64,000 nt of DNA from Methanocaldococcus sp. 28A (GCA_049852185.1 CP187540.1); one strand, 5' to 3'; positions 10,389 through 20,917 are shown, counted from the stretch's first letter. The notes: generated by a model not told the origin, from the letters alone. Numbers and translations are program-made.

Positions 10389-10480
10389 ATAGAACTTTCA
10401 CATATTATATACTAATTAGGAATTTAGACACATTTAAGGTGTCATGTTCAATAAAATATTTATTCCTGCAAAAGTCCTAT
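10389..10480. repeat. Palindromic MITE-like element, family 1
   Basis: ATAGAACTTTCACA ... TGCAAAAGTCCTAT; inner GACAC...GTGTC. Confidence 0.85.
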
Positions 10481-10487
10481 TTAATAG

Positions 10488-10592
10488 TTGTGTGCAAAAC
10501 TATCTTAATTAAAATAAGGTATTAGTGAATGCCTTCCTTGTGGAAGGCATTCAAATTATTATTAATAAAAGTTTATCTCATTTTGCATACAA
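10488..10592. repeat. Palindromic element, family 2
   Basis: Ends TTGTGTGCAAAA / TTTTGCATACAA; central hairpin GAATGCCTTCC-TTGT-GGAAGGCATTC; related copies at ~22400 and ~32121. Confidence 0.75.
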
Positions 10593-10700
10593 ATATAATT
10601 TACACCTCCTCGCTATACTCGGAGGTGTTAGCTTTGATGAAACTTTCTTAAAGTTTCTTTCATTTCCTTCTATTATATTTTTAATTTGGAGGTGATAGGG

Positions 10701-11195
10701 ATGAAAAAAATAATAATGGCAAACTACAACTGTGATAACTGTGGAGATTGTGTTAAAGCATGCATGGAAAAAAATAAAGTAGGAAGAATAAGTATAATGG
10801 AGAAAGATGGTAAATACATTCCAATTCTTTGCCAGCACTGTGCTTCAGCTCCATGTAAAGAAGTTTGTCCTGTTTCAGCAATTGAACACAAAGATGGATA
10901 TGTATATTTAAATGAAGAAATTTGCATTGGATGTGGATTATGTGCCTTAGCATGTCCATTTGGAGCTATATTAATGGAAGACAAAGCATACAAGTGTATT
11001 TTATGCAATGGTGATGAACCAGCATGTGTTAAAGCATGTTCAAAGAGATGCTTAGAGCTTATTGATGTAAATGAGCTAATATTTGTTAAGAGAGATAAAG
11101 CCCTGAATTTATTTGGAAAGATTTCAATACCTTCACAAAAAACAGATAACAGCTTAATTTCAAAAATAACCATAGATGCAAAAGTTCAGCCATAA
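10701..11195 (+). CDS. porE: POR-associated polyferredoxin PorE
   Basis: Multiple CxxCxxCxxxC motifs directly downstream of porB. Confidence 0.82.
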   Translation: MKKIIMANYNCDNCGDCVKACMEKNKVGRISIMEKDGKYIPILCQHCASAPCKEVCPVSAIEHKDGYVYLNEEICIGCGLCALACPFGAILMEDKAYKCILCNGDEPACVKACSKRCLELIDVNELIFVKRDKALNLFGKISIPSQKTDNSLISKITIDAKVQP

Positions 11196-11207
11196 TTTGG
11201 TGAAATT

Positions 11208-11618
11208 ATGGTAGTAGTTAATATTGGCTTTTGTATTGGTTGCAGAAGATGCGAAAGAAGTTGTCCAATAAATGGAATAAATTTTGAAAAATTTCCTATA
11301 AAATGTATGCATTGCGCTAAAAATCCCTGCTTATATGCATGTCCAGAAAATGCTATAGAGAGGATTGACGATAAAGTAGTAGTTATAAAAGATAAATGCA
11401 TTGGATGTGGATTATGTGCCTTAGCATGTCCATTTGGAGCTATAAGAATTGATGGAATAGCAATAAAATGTGATGGATGTTATAAGAGAGATGTAGAGAT
11501 TTGTAAAGAAGTATGTCCAACAGGGGCTATTGACACTCTTGAAGAAATATTAACTAATAAGTTATGCAACACTCTTGAAAAATTCAGTAAGTTATATGCT
11601 CTATATGGTAAAAATTAA
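11208..11618 (+). CDS. porF: POR-associated polyferredoxin PorF
   Basis: Four Cys clusters; follows porE. Confidence 0.82.
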   Translation: MVVVNIGFCIGCRRCERSCPINGINFEKFPIKCMHCAKNPCLYACPENAIERIDDKVVVIKDKCIGCGLCALACPFGAIRIDGIAIKCDGCYKRDVEICKEVCPTGAIDTLEEILTNKLCNTLEKFSKLYALYGKN

Positions 11619-11843
11619 AAAATCATTAGTTTATTATGAATTTTTCTATTTTTATTCCATTTTTATTTTCTTTTTTTTAAAAATATCATAAGTAGTTACA
11701 TTTGAAAATCTTCAAAAAGGTAAAAAGGTATATATTCGTTTATACACAAATAATACTGTGTTTTACTGTGTTTAAAATATTTTGGTTTAATTTTAATATT
11801 TATAAATATTTATCTATAACTCTAAATTATAAAAGTGATGTAA

Positions 11844-12803
11844 ATGGACTGTAATGATATGATAAAAACTCTTGAAGTTTTAAAAAATATTATTAAAGCG
11901 ATTGAGTCTTCTGATAAAGGGGATTTTGAAAAAGCAATAAAATATTTGGATGAAGCATCATCATTGGACCAAAAAAATTCTTTAGTTCTATATATAAAAG
12001 CGATAATTTTAAAAGTTATGGGTGATATGGAAACATCCATAAAATATTTTGAAAAAATAGCTAATGAGAAAGAAAAATCTCCTTTATCTTTGGCAAATTT
12101 GATATGTTTAAATTTTGTTAAAGGAGATTATGAAAAAACATTAAAGTATAGTGATAAACTCTCAAAAGTATCATCAAAATGCTATCTATCTCCATTCCAT
12201 AAAGCGTTAATATTTATTGAATTGGGGAGATATGAAGAAGCATTAAAAAATTTTGATGAGCTTTTGTCTTTAAACGATAAGCTATCATCAGTTTGGAGAC
12301 AAAAAGCAATATTGCTCAACGATATTGGAAAAGTTGAAGAGGCAATTAAATGCTTGGATAAAGTGATAGAGATTAATAAAAATGACGGTTATGCTTGGTA
12401 TCTAAAAGGAAGAATGTTAAAAAAATTGGGAAAATACAAAGAGGCTCTTAAATGTTTATATATTGCAGTTGAATTAAATGAAGATTGGATACATGCATAT
12501 AAAGATATTGGATATATTGAATTAATTGCTGGAAATTATGAAGATTCCCTAAAAAGTCTCAATAAATATTTAGAGAAGTTTCCCAAAGATCTTGAAACAA
12601 AATTTTATAAAGCTGTTGTATATGAACATTTAGAAAAACTTGATGAAGCATTAAAAATTTATGATGAGCTTATTTCGGAATTAAAGTACAATAATTTTAT
12701 GCTAACTAATTCACTGTTAAAAAAAGCACGAATACTTGAAAAATTAGGTAGAATTGAAGAGGCTATTGATATATACAATAAAATATTAAATAATAAAATC
12801 TAA
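11844..12803 (+). CDS. TPR-repeat protein
   Basis: Repeated TPR motifs, e.g. AWYLKGRMLKKLGKYKEALKC. Confidence 0.9.
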   Translation: MDCNDMIKTLEVLKNIIKAIESSDKGDFEKAIKYLDEASSLDQKNSLVLYIKAIILKVMGDMETSIKYFEKIANEKEKSPLSLANLICLNFVKGDYEKTLKYSDKLSKVSSKCYLSPFHKALIFIELGRYEEALKNFDELLSLNDKLSSVWRQKAILLNDIGKVEEAIKCLDKVIEINKNDGYAWYLKGRMLKKLGKYKEALKCLYIAVELNEDWIHAYKDIGYIELIAGNYEDSLKSLNKYLEKFPKDLETKFYKAVVYEHLEKLDEALKIYDELISELKYNNFMLTNSLLKKARILEKLGRIEEAIDIYNKILNNKI

Positions 12804-12809
12804 AAATCA

Positions 12810-15800
12810 TTATCTTCCCCAAAATATATTATTTGTCAGTTTTTGCATTAATTCCATGTATTTTAACAATGCCTCCTTCTCATCATTTCTCAATCTATCC
12901 ATGTATTTGTGATATAGCTCTCTAACATGGCTTTCTGGAACTGCCACATACATATAATCTCCTTCATCAACATGCCTTTTTAATGTAATTCTTCCTTCTA
13001 TAGATATTGAAACAGCTTTTCCAGCTTTTGCCTCTTTGACATTTTCTCCTCTATCTTTTATCTCTCTAACATAACCTAACTGCATTCCATCCTCTCTCAT
13101 TAAAGGATAACCAACTTTTAAAGTTCCATAGATAACATCAACTCCACAAATTGCAGGGTCTTTTTGTCTAAATATACAATCTGGTAGAATTCTAACAATA
13201 GCTGGTTTAATGAGCTTTTCAAATTCACCATATTTAATTCTCTCTTCCTCTTTTTTAACCCATTCTGTGAAGTCCTCAACTAAATTGTATATAATATTAC
13301 CTAAAAACACTTTTATGTCATATTTTTCAATTTCTTTCTGAGCTTCAGGTAAGATTTTTACATTAAATCCAACTATTGCTCCATGCAATGGGTTACTCTG
13401 CTTGTATGATGCAACCTCAATAACATCTTTTTTAGTTATATCTCCAACCTCTGCCTTCTTAATTTTAATTCCTAACTTTCTTAATTCATTAGCTAAAGCT
13501 TCTAATGAACCAAGAGTATCTGCTTTAATTAAAATTCCTTCATTATCGACCTCAATCTTTGCTTCTTCAACCTCTCTCATGACCTCTTCTTTTGCTTTCT
13601 CTATCATATCCTTTGGAACAATTCTTATTGGACATCCTGCAATAACTTTATCCAACTCTGGAGCAGCTATCTTAACCCCCGCAGCAGCAACTACTTCATT
13701 TACAGGCTTAAATTTATCTCTTGGGTCTCTCATTTCATCCAATGGTTTTGGTTTTAATAGGGCTTTAACTCTTGTTACTAAAACACCATCTGGTAATCCT
13801 ACAACTAGATAATCTCCTCTCTTAGCTATTCCATCGTAAATTATTGCATCTATTGTAGTACCTAACCCTTTTTCCTCTTTAACCTCTAATATTGTTCCTT
13901 TTGCATAACCTTCAACATTGAGCTTTAATCTATCTTCTAAAAATCTCTGAGCTAATCCAGCAACCATCATCAACAAATCAGGAATTCCTTCACCAGTCAC
14001 TGCCGAGACAGGGATTATACATACAGTTCTAGTAACATCTTGAACTCTTGAATATAAATCAGCATCAAAACCAAGCTCATTTAATGGTTTTATTATATTC
14101 TCATACAATCTTATTTCAAATTCAGTTAAAGCATTTGGATGTTGAGTCTTTTCATTAAAGTTTAATATAAATGGAACTTCCTTAGAGTTCCATCCTGGGA
14201 TTAAGTCAATTTTATTTGCAGCTACAACAAATGGGGTTTTGTATTGCCTTAATATATTCACAGCCTCTATAGTTTGAGGTTTAAAGCCCTCGTTTATATC
14301 AACAACTAATATGGCTATATCAGCCAAGGCTCCTCCTCTTTTTCTTAATGAAGTAAATGCCTCGTGTCCTGGGGTGTCAATAACTAACAATCCAGGAATT
14401 TTCAAATCTGCTTTTAACATCTTTAATAAATCTCCACACACTCTTTTTATAACATCAATTGGAATCTCACTCGCTCCAATATGTTGAGTAATTCCACCAG
14501 CTTCTCTTTTAGCAACTCTTGTTTTTCTAATTTTATCCAGTAATGTTGTGTTATGTACAACAATACCATTTGCTATAAAATTGTGTGTTTCTGTTGTTAA
14601 ATCATACACATAGCCCTCATAATCAATAACTTCAACATCTTCAACTTCAACAAATGCAATATTTTCAATTAAATTTTTCATGTATTTAATATCATCTTCA
14701 CCAAATTCATGATTTTTCCAAATATTTAATGCCTCTTTTCCTAATTCAGTTAAGTTATTATCTTTTATTAACCCATCACTTTCAAAGGATTTTAAATAAT
14801 TGAAATCTTTTTCTATCCCTTCTAATACTTTTATCTTCTTATCTAAGTTCTTTGGCTTTAATAAGTTTAAGAATTTTTCAACAATTTCATAAGAAGGAAT
14901 TTCTTCTCCATTCTCATATTTTGCGTAATATGGGATATTTACTTCATTCTTAGTTAATCCAAATAGAATTCTTAATCTTTTCATGTCTTTATTTATTGGA
15001 TATTTCTCACTCTTTCTGCTCTTTTCTATAATTTTGTCTAAAATATCTATTTCAAATCCAATATTTTTGAAGTTTATTATATTTCTTTTACCTACAATAT
15101 TTAATTGGTAATATTTTGTGCCATTGTTATTTTTAATATAGATTTTAGAAATTACTCCAAACATCAACAAAACTATAGAAAATCCTCTAATAAACTCCTC
15201 TGAAATGCTAAAAATCTCAATTCTATTCTGTTCTACATTAATTTTTCCAGCCATTTCAAAGTATCCTTTAATAAACTCTGCAACTATCTCTTTTGGAGCA
15301 ATATATAATATCTTTGGAAAAGATATGATATTTTTAGATATATTTAAGTCAAATAGAATTTTAATTAATTTTTCCAATTCATTTAGTTTATTATTTTTAA
15401 ATTCTTTATAGCCTCCAAATATCTTTCCAGCAAAATAAAATATGGTTTTCCACTCATCTAATGATTTAGGCAATGAAATATTTTCATTATCGAATTTATC
15501 TTTACAAAATTCTACAAATTTTTTAAAGCTTATATTATTATATAGTTTTTTTGGTATAGCTATAAAGTCTCCTTTTTTAATATTTTCAGCCTTAATCCAT
15601 CCATTATTTGTTAAAAATGGATGTTCAGGTGTTGTTGTTATAGAATGCCAATTTTTTAACTTTACCATTATCATTTTTCCGTTATGCTTTAATCTCCATA
15701 CATAAGGAGCTTTTATTATCTTAATTTTTCCATTTTCATCTAATGTATAAACATCTATATCCAATTTTTTTATCACTTTATAATTATCTTTTTCAATAAT

Positions 15801-15968
15801 CTCTTTTCCTTGTTTAAATAAATCTTCTATTTTTATTTCTCCAAAAGGAGTTAATACTTTCTCGTTAGGCATTAAACACTTTCCATGGTCAACATGCCCC
15901 AAAACACAAACTATTGGACATCTTAGATTACTTTTATTTTCATTATTTTTTTTAGATTTTTTAGCCAT
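12810..15968 (-). CDS. infB: translation initiation factor aIF5B (IF-2), intein-containing
   Basis: GHVDHGK|intein|TTLLD P-loop, AGGITQHIGA, DTPGHEAF, NKID; ATG at 15968. Confidence 0.97.
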   Translation of the reverse strand: MAKKSKKNNENKSNLRCPIVCVLGHVDHGKCLMPNEKVLTPFGEIKIEDLFKQGKEIIEKDNYKVIKKLDIDVYTLDENGKIKIIKAPYVWRLKHNGKMIMVKLKNWHSITTTPEHPFLTNNGWIKAENIKKGDFIAIPKKLYNNISFKKFVEFCKDKFDNENISLPKSLDEWKTIFYFAGKIFGGYKEFKNNKLNELEKLIKILFDLNISKNIISFPKILYIAPKEIVAEFIKGYFEMAGKINVEQNRIEIFSISEEFIRGFSIVLLMFGVISKIYIKNNNGTKYYQLNIVGKRNIINFKNIGFEIDILDKIIEKSRKSEKYPINKDMKRLRILFGLTKNEVNIPYYAKYENGEEIPSYEIVEKFLNLLKPKNLDKKIKVLEGIEKDFNYLKSFESDGLIKDNNLTELGKEALNIWKNHEFGEDDIKYMKNLIENIAFVEVEDVEVIDYEGYVYDLTTETHNFIANGIVVHNTTLLDKIRKTRVAKREAGGITQHIGASEIPIDVIKRVCGDLLKMLKADLKIPGLLVIDTPGHEAFTSLRKRGGALADIAILVVDINEGFKPQTIEAVNILRQYKTPFVVAANKIDLIPGWNSKEVPFILNFNEKTQHPNALTEFEIRLYENIIKPLNELGFDADLYSRVQDVTRTVCIIPVSAVTGEGIPDLLMMVAGLAQRFLEDRLKLNVEGYAKGTILEVKEEKGLGTTIDAIIYDGIAKRGDYLVVGLPDGVLVTRVKALLKPKPLDEMRDPRDKFKPVNEVVAAAGVKIAAPELDKVIAGCPIRIVPKDMIEKAKEEVMREVEEAKIEVDNEGILIKADTLGSLEALANELRKLGIKIKKAEVGDITKKDVIEVASYKQSNPLHGAIVGFNVKILPEAQKEIEKYDIKVFLGNIIYNLVEDFTEWVKKEEERIKYGEFEKLIKPAIVRILPDCIFRQKDPAICGVDVIYGTLKVGYPLMREDGMQLGYVREIKDRGENVKEAKAGKAVSISIEGRITLKRHVDEGDYMYVAVPESHVRELYHKYMDRLRNDEKEALLKYMELMQKLTNNIFWGR
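14550..15878 (-). mobile_element. 443-aa intein in aIF5B with a degenerate LAGLIDADG homing-endonuclease region
   Basis: N-terminal CLMPNE, block B TPEHPF, C-terminal VYDLTTETHNFIANGIVVHN followed by T(+1). Confidence 0.95.
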
Positions 15969-16222
15969 AATAATCCCCCATAGTATTTTTCTATATATTG
16001 TTAAAGTACTTAAATTAGATTTTTGCAAATTATTATAATCCTATGAAAAAATGATATTATGGGAGTTAAAATGCTGTTTATCATTTATTCCAGGGTTCTA
16101 TTTAATAAACTTAATAATCAAATAACAAACAATTAAATATTTTTGTTAGTGGTATAGATAATAACATATAGCTTATATATAAGTTACGAATACATTAATT
16201 CAAAAATAAATAAGGGATTGTA

Positions 16223-16876
16223 ATGGAATTTGAAAATAAAAAATGTGAGATTTGTGGTGAAAAAGCAGAAATTTTTTTATTTGGGAGATTTTTATGCAAA
16301 AATGAAAAATGTATAGAGGAAGCTAAAAATCTGAGCATGGCAAGGCATAAGTTAAAAGTTGTAGCTGTTGGTTCAACAAATCCTGTTAAAATAGAGGCGG
16401 TTAAAGAAGGTTTTGAAAAGGTTTTAGGGACTGTTGAAGTTATTGGGGTTGATGTGGATAGTAATGTCTCAGCTCATCCTATTGGACTGGAAGAAACGTA
16501 TTTAGGAGCATTAAACAGAGCTAAAAATGCATTTGAAAAAGTTCAATGTACTTATGCAGTAGGAATAGAAGCAGGTTTAATAAAAGTGGGAGAACACTAC
16601 ATAGACATCCATGTATGTGTAGTTTTTGATGGAATTAAAGAGACTGTTGGCTTATCTCAGGGCTTTGAATATCCAAAGATTATAGCTGAGAATGTGTTAA
16701 ATGGAATTGAAGGTGGAAAAATAGCTGAAAAAATTTCGGGAGTTAAAGATATTGGAAAAAATATTGGTTTAATTGGTTATTTAACTGATAATAATATAAC
16801 AAGAAAAGATTTATGCAGAGAAAGTGTTATAATGGCTTTAATTCCAAGGATGATAAAAAATGCTCATTTATATTAG
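16223..16876 (+). CDS. yjjX: inosine/xanthosine triphosphatase (YjjX family) with N-terminal Cys-rich extension
   Basis: VGSTNPVKIEAV, GALNRA, VGIEAG, GLIGYLT. Confidence 0.9.
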   Translation: MEFENKKCEICGEKAEIFLFGRFLCKNEKCIEEAKNLSMARHKLKVVAVGSTNPVKIEAVKEGFEKVLGTVEVIGVDVDSNVSAHPIGLEETYLGALNRAKNAFEKVQCTYAVGIEAGLIKVGEHYIDIHVCVVFDGIKETVGLSQGFEYPKIIAENVLNGIEGGKIAEKISGVKDIGKNIGLIGYLTDNNITRKDLCRESVIMALIPRMIKNAHLY

Positions 16877-16888
16877 AGAGGTGAAAAC

Positions 16889-17551
16889 ATTAACTTAAAA
16901 ATCAGTAAAAAAGATGTTGTTGAATGGATAATATTCTTAGTAGTTTTGTTTTTAATTTGGAGTCATGTAAATGTTGTAGTTTCAGATAGTATGTATCCAA
17001 TAATGAAGAGAGGAGATTTGGTTATAGTAGAAAATGCTGGGTTTGAATTTAATCCAAATGATGTTAAAGTTGGAGATATTGTTGTTTATAAAGCTCACTG
17101 GCCTTATTATCAATATTTGTTATATGAAATATATTATAAACTTCATCTAAATCCAATTAAAACTCTATGTATATTTAAAGAAAATTATGATAATAAAGAA
17201 ATCTCAATAAACGTCTTAGGTGATTTAAAAACAGATAATGGTACTTACAAAATATTAGAGATTGACATCCCAAAAAGTCCAATAACACCAGTAATCCATA
17301 GAGTCATTGATAAGGTTAAATTTAATAATAACACTTACTTTATAATAAAAGGAGACAATAACAATATACACGACCCAGAGCTCGTTTCAGTTAATCAAAT
17401 AAAGCAGAGAGTTGTAGTTATAAATGGTCATCCCTTAGTAATTCCATATTTAGGTTATTTATCAATCTGGGTTAAAGAATATTGGTATTTAGTAATTTTG
17501 TTTATCCTGCTTTATTATGGATATGATTACATAAAAGGAGGGAAAAAATGA
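16889..17551 (+). CDS. signal peptidase I (Sec11 type); probable ATT start at 16889
   Basis: VVSDSMYP catalytic Ser, IHRV, KGDNN...D. Frame is open back to ATT, which sits 4 nt after GAGGTGA. Confidence 0.9.
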   Translation: MNLKISKKDVVEWIIFLVVLFLIWSHVNVVVSDSMYPIMKRGDLVIVENAGFEFNPNDVKVGDIVVYKAHWPYYQYLLYEIYYKLHLNPIKTLCIFKENYDNKEISINVLGDLKTDNGTYKILEIDIPKSPITPVIHRVIDKVKFNNNTYFIIKGDNNNIHDPELVSVNQIKQRVVVINGHPLVIPYLGYLSIWVKEYWYLVILFILLYYGYDYIKGGKK

Positions 17552-18150
17552 AAAAACTGCTGTTAATTCTTGGAATAATTGTATTAATAACTTCAATGTC
17601 TATGTGTATTACGTCTAAAAATATTAATGATTTAAAAAAAGATATTGTAATTGAGTATAATGGAACTCCAATAAAAGTTCCTTTGAGGGCAACAATTGGA
17701 GAAGCAAAAGAAGTAAAGTTGATAAATACAACTGATAAAGAAATTTATGATTATTATCACTCTAAAATACTGATTTACATTTATGGAAATTTAAGTTTAA
17801 AGCCCGAAGAAGGAGAAGTTTCAATAATTGATTTAATAACAAAATTAGTATGGTTCAATCAGTTCTACCCCCACAATATAGTTATTGAGTTAAACAGAAC
17901 TAATACAACTGTAACTGTAAAAAGTATCTTTGCAAATGGAAAATCATCAATAAATAAACTTAAAATAAATGATAGTGAATATTTAATTCACAACAATAAA
18001 ACAATGGTTATAAAGTTTATAAGAACACAAAATAATGCAACTATAATAAGAATAAACAATACTTTTATAATTGAAGGAAACTCATTAAAGGAGATGGATA
18101 AAGCAGAGACGAGATTTGTCATAGCAATGCTTAAAGGAACTATTAATTAA
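17548..18150 (+). CDS. secreted or lipoprotein-like hypothetical protein
   Basis: MKK + hydrophobic stretch + SMC; many N-x-T/S sequons. Confidence 0.8.
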   Translation: MKKLLLILGIIVLITSMSMCITSKNINDLKKDIVIEYNGTPIKVPLRATIGEAKEVKLINTTDKEIYDYYHSKILIYIYGNLSLKPEEGEVSIIDLITKLVWFNQFYPHNIVIELNRTNTTVTVKSIFANGKSSINKLKINDSEYLIHNNKTMVIKFIRTQNNATIIRINNTFIIEGNSLKEMDKAETRFVIAMLKGTIN

Positions 18151-18180
18151 AATTTTAAAATCTTTTTTTTGGTGTTTTTT

Positions 18181-19383
18181 ATGTTGATTGTTGATGTAAA
18201 TCATGGAGCATTGGATTTAGCTGAAGAATATTTAAATTTGGGCTATGATGTTGATGTATGGGATATTTATCAAAAAATAAAAAAATCTGATGATTTTAAG
18301 GAAAGATATTTAAAATTAAAAGAAAGATTTAAAAATAAATTCAATCTATTTTTTGAACCTCCAAACTTTGAAAAGTATGATAGAATTATAGCTCCAATAC
18401 ACTGCCCAATAGATATTAACTTTATTCCATTTACTGATGCAGTATCTGAAATATTAAAGGAAAAATTTGGAAATATCCATAAAAAAATAATAAATATCAC
18501 TGGAGTTAAGGGAAAGACTACAACAACATCTTTAATAAATCATATCTTAAAAGAAGAATATACAACTTACTTACACAACTCAAATTATGGCTCAATTGCT
18601 CCACCAACTATTTTAAGAGTGTTAAATAATTTAGATATAGATAGATATGACTTTTTTATATTTGAAACTTCATTGGGATTAATTAAATGTAAATATGGAG
18701 CTATAATAAATGTATTAGAAAATTATAAAATAGCAAATGGATTAAGAGATGCATTAACTGCAAAATTTGGCTCTTTAAAAAATGCTGAAATATCGTTTAT
18801 AAATAAGAGAGATATTAACAGATATAACTTAAAAATAAACCATAAATGTCTAAATATTGTTGATGCAGATAAGGCAAAGATTTTAAACAAATACCCTCTA
18901 AAATTTGAATACTTTGATGAAATCTTTGAATTCAATAAAAACGTTTTTGGATTGCATTTTGTAGAAAATTCATTATTTGCAATAGAGATTTGTAAAAATT
19001 TGGTTAATGTGGATGAAATAAAAGAAAGATTAAAAACCTTTACTATAAAAAATAGAATGGAAATTAAAAAAGTTAATGGAAATATTTTAATAAAAAATAT
19101 TAATCCTGGTTTAGATGTAAAAGCTATCTATTATGCTATAAAAGATTTTTTAGAAGTGTTTAATGGGGATATATATATTGGCGGAGATTTTGGAATAGTT
19201 TGTGAAGAAATTGATATAAAAAAGCTATCTAAAGTTCTAAAAAACTTTAACTGTCAATACATATTTGTTGGAGAGATTGGAAGAGAACTTTTAAATTATT
19301 TAGATGGAGAGTATATTGAAAGATTTAATGAAAATAAAGTAAATAAAAACTCTTTAGTTATTCTTAGAGAAAAAATAAAATAA
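18181..19383 (+). CDS. cfbE: coenzyme F430 synthase (Mur-ligase-like)
   Basis: DVNHGA, APIHCP, ITGVKGKTTT, FETSLG, NINPGL, CEEID. Confidence 0.85.
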   Translation: MLIVDVNHGALDLAEEYLNLGYDVDVWDIYQKIKKSDDFKERYLKLKERFKNKFNLFFEPPNFEKYDRIIAPIHCPIDINFIPFTDAVSEILKEKFGNIHKKIINITGVKGKTTTTSLINHILKEEYTTYLHNSNYGSIAPPTILRVLNNLDIDRYDFFIFETSLGLIKCKYGAIINVLENYKIANGLRDALTAKFGSLKNAEISFINKRDINRYNLKINHKCLNIVDADKAKILNKYPLKFEYFDEIFEFNKNVFGLHFVENSLFAIEICKNLVNVDEIKERLKTFTIKNRMEIKKVNGNILIKNINPGLDVKAIYYAIKDFLEVFNGDIYIGGDFGIVCEEIDIKKLSKVLKNFNCQYIFVGEIGRELLNYLDGEYIERFNENKVNKNSLVILREKIK

Positions 19384-20325
19384 TTAATTAAAAATCTTTG
19401 GATTTATCTTTCTATTTTCATTTTGTAATAACGCCACTCTACTATCTTCACTATCATCAATTAATTTATATGAGCTGTTTTCTTCTAACATCTTAGCTAA
19501 TTTTAGAATTTCATCATGTTGTAGCATATCTTCTTTTTTTAATCTTTTTTGTGAATAACCTACATGCATATATGACTTTAACTCAATGAAATGGACATCA
19601 GCTCTTTCATATAATTCTACAAACTTTAAAATGTCATCATTATAGCCCCTAATTAAAGTAGTTCTTATACAACTTCTTTTTTTCTCTTTTAAAATGTCTA
19701 AGGTATTTAAGATATTTTCCCAATACTCTTCCTTTCCTCCACATATTCTTCTATAGCTATCCAAATCATAGGCATCTAACGAGATATATAGCTGAGTAGG
19801 CTTTATTTTCTCAATAACCTCAGTTAAGATTCCATTTGAGACTACAAATGTTGTAAATCCATTCTTATGGAATATTTTTATTAATTCATCTAAGTATGGA
19901 TAAAGAGTAGGCTCTCCTGATAAAGATATAGCTACATGCTTTGGTTCTAAAGCCTCTTTAAATTTTTTCTCTCCAACTCTATCTAATACTCCTTTATATC
20001 CTAAAATTATTCTTCTATGCATCTCTAAGATTTTCTCATAAACAACTTCTGGCTCATCCCATTTTGGTTCTTTAATTTCTTTTATATTTATATCAATATC
20101 CATTGGCAAAACTCTCCAACAGAATATACAATTTTGCTGACACCAAATAACTGACGGTGTGCATTGAATACATCTATGTGTCTCAATACCATAAAATTTT
20201 GATTTATAGCAATTTTTATCTTCCAACATCTTTTTTCTAACCCATCCACATAGCTTAACTGCTGTGTGGTTGTCTATTTGATATCTCTGTTTCCTCAAAA
20301 TTTTGTAAATTTCTTCTGGAATCAT
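19384..20325 (-). CDS. taw1: 4-demethylwyosine synthase Taw1/TYW1 (radical SAM)
   Basis: CYKSKFYGI, CQQNCIFCWR, AISLSGEPT. Confidence 0.95.
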   Translation of the reverse strand: MIPEEIYKILRKQRYQIDNHTAVKLCGWVRKKMLEDKNCYKSKFYGIETHRCIQCTPSVIWCQQNCIFCWRVLPMDIDINIKEIKEPKWDEPEVVYEKILEMHRRIILGYKGVLDRVGEKKFKEALEPKHVAISLSGEPTLYPYLDELIKIFHKNGFTTFVVSNGILTEVIEKIKPTQLYISLDAYDLDSYRRICGGKEEYWENILNTLDILKEKKRSCIRTTLIRGYNDDILKFVELYERADVHFIELKSYMHVGYSQKRLKKEDMLQHDEILKLAKMLEENSSYKLIDDSEDSRVALLQNENRKINPKIFN

Positions 20326-20329
20326 ATTC

Positions 20330-20899
20330 TCACTTTAAATTTTTTAAAGATTGCATAAATCTATACTTCAAAACAACAGGTGGAATCTCTATGTTAGGAC
20401 ATTTTTCATTGTATGGAATTGCTTTGGCAATAATAACTTTGCATTTATTTTCATTTAAAGCTCTTTTAAACTCTTTTTCGAATTCTTCTAAGCTATATGT
20501 TGTTATTGCATCTAAACCACAGCCCTTAGCTATCTCCTCTAAGTTCGTGTTTTTACTTGTGTGAGTTTTTTGATTACCTGTAGAACCATAAGTAGAATTA
20601 TCTATTATAACTAATATATAATTTTTTGGATTCATGTATCCTACTGTAGATAAAGAGCCGAGATTCATCAATATAGAGCCATCACCATCTATAACTATAA
20701 CTTTATCTTTACAATTTAAAGCCAATCCTAAGCCAATAGAAGAGGCTAATCCCATTGAACCAAGCATATAAAAGTTTCTTTCTCTATCTTTTATATAATA
20801 CAACTCTTTAGAAGGTATTCCAATATTGCTAACTATTATTTCTTTCTCTCCAACATTTTCAATAATCTTTTTAATTATGTCTATTCTCTTAGGATACAT
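20330..20899 (-). CDS. comE: sulfopyruvate decarboxylase beta subunit
   Basis: NFYMLGSMG; TPP motif DGDGS...DN. Confidence 0.95.
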   Translation of the reverse strand: MYPKRIDIIKKIIENVGEKEIIVSNIGIPSKELYYIKDRERNFYMLGSMGLASSIGLGLALNCKDKVIVIDGDGSILMNLGSLSTVGYMNPKNYILVIIDNSTYGSTGNQKTHTSKNTNLEEIAKGCGLDAITTYSLEEFEKEFKRALNENKCKVIIAKAIPYNEKCPNIEIPPVVLKYRFMQSLKNLK

Positions 20900-20917
20900 G
20901 GTATCATCTCTTATTTT

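Noticed and set aside
10529-10553. TTCC/GGAA palindrome as an NrpR operator
   Set aside because: The NrpR operator is GGAA-N6-TTCC; this is TTCC-N4-GGAA and part of repeat family 2.
10578-10838. 86-aa minus-strand ORF; also 60855-61061
   Set aside because: They run through repeat elements and low-complexity AT-rich DNA; the first is also antisense to porE.
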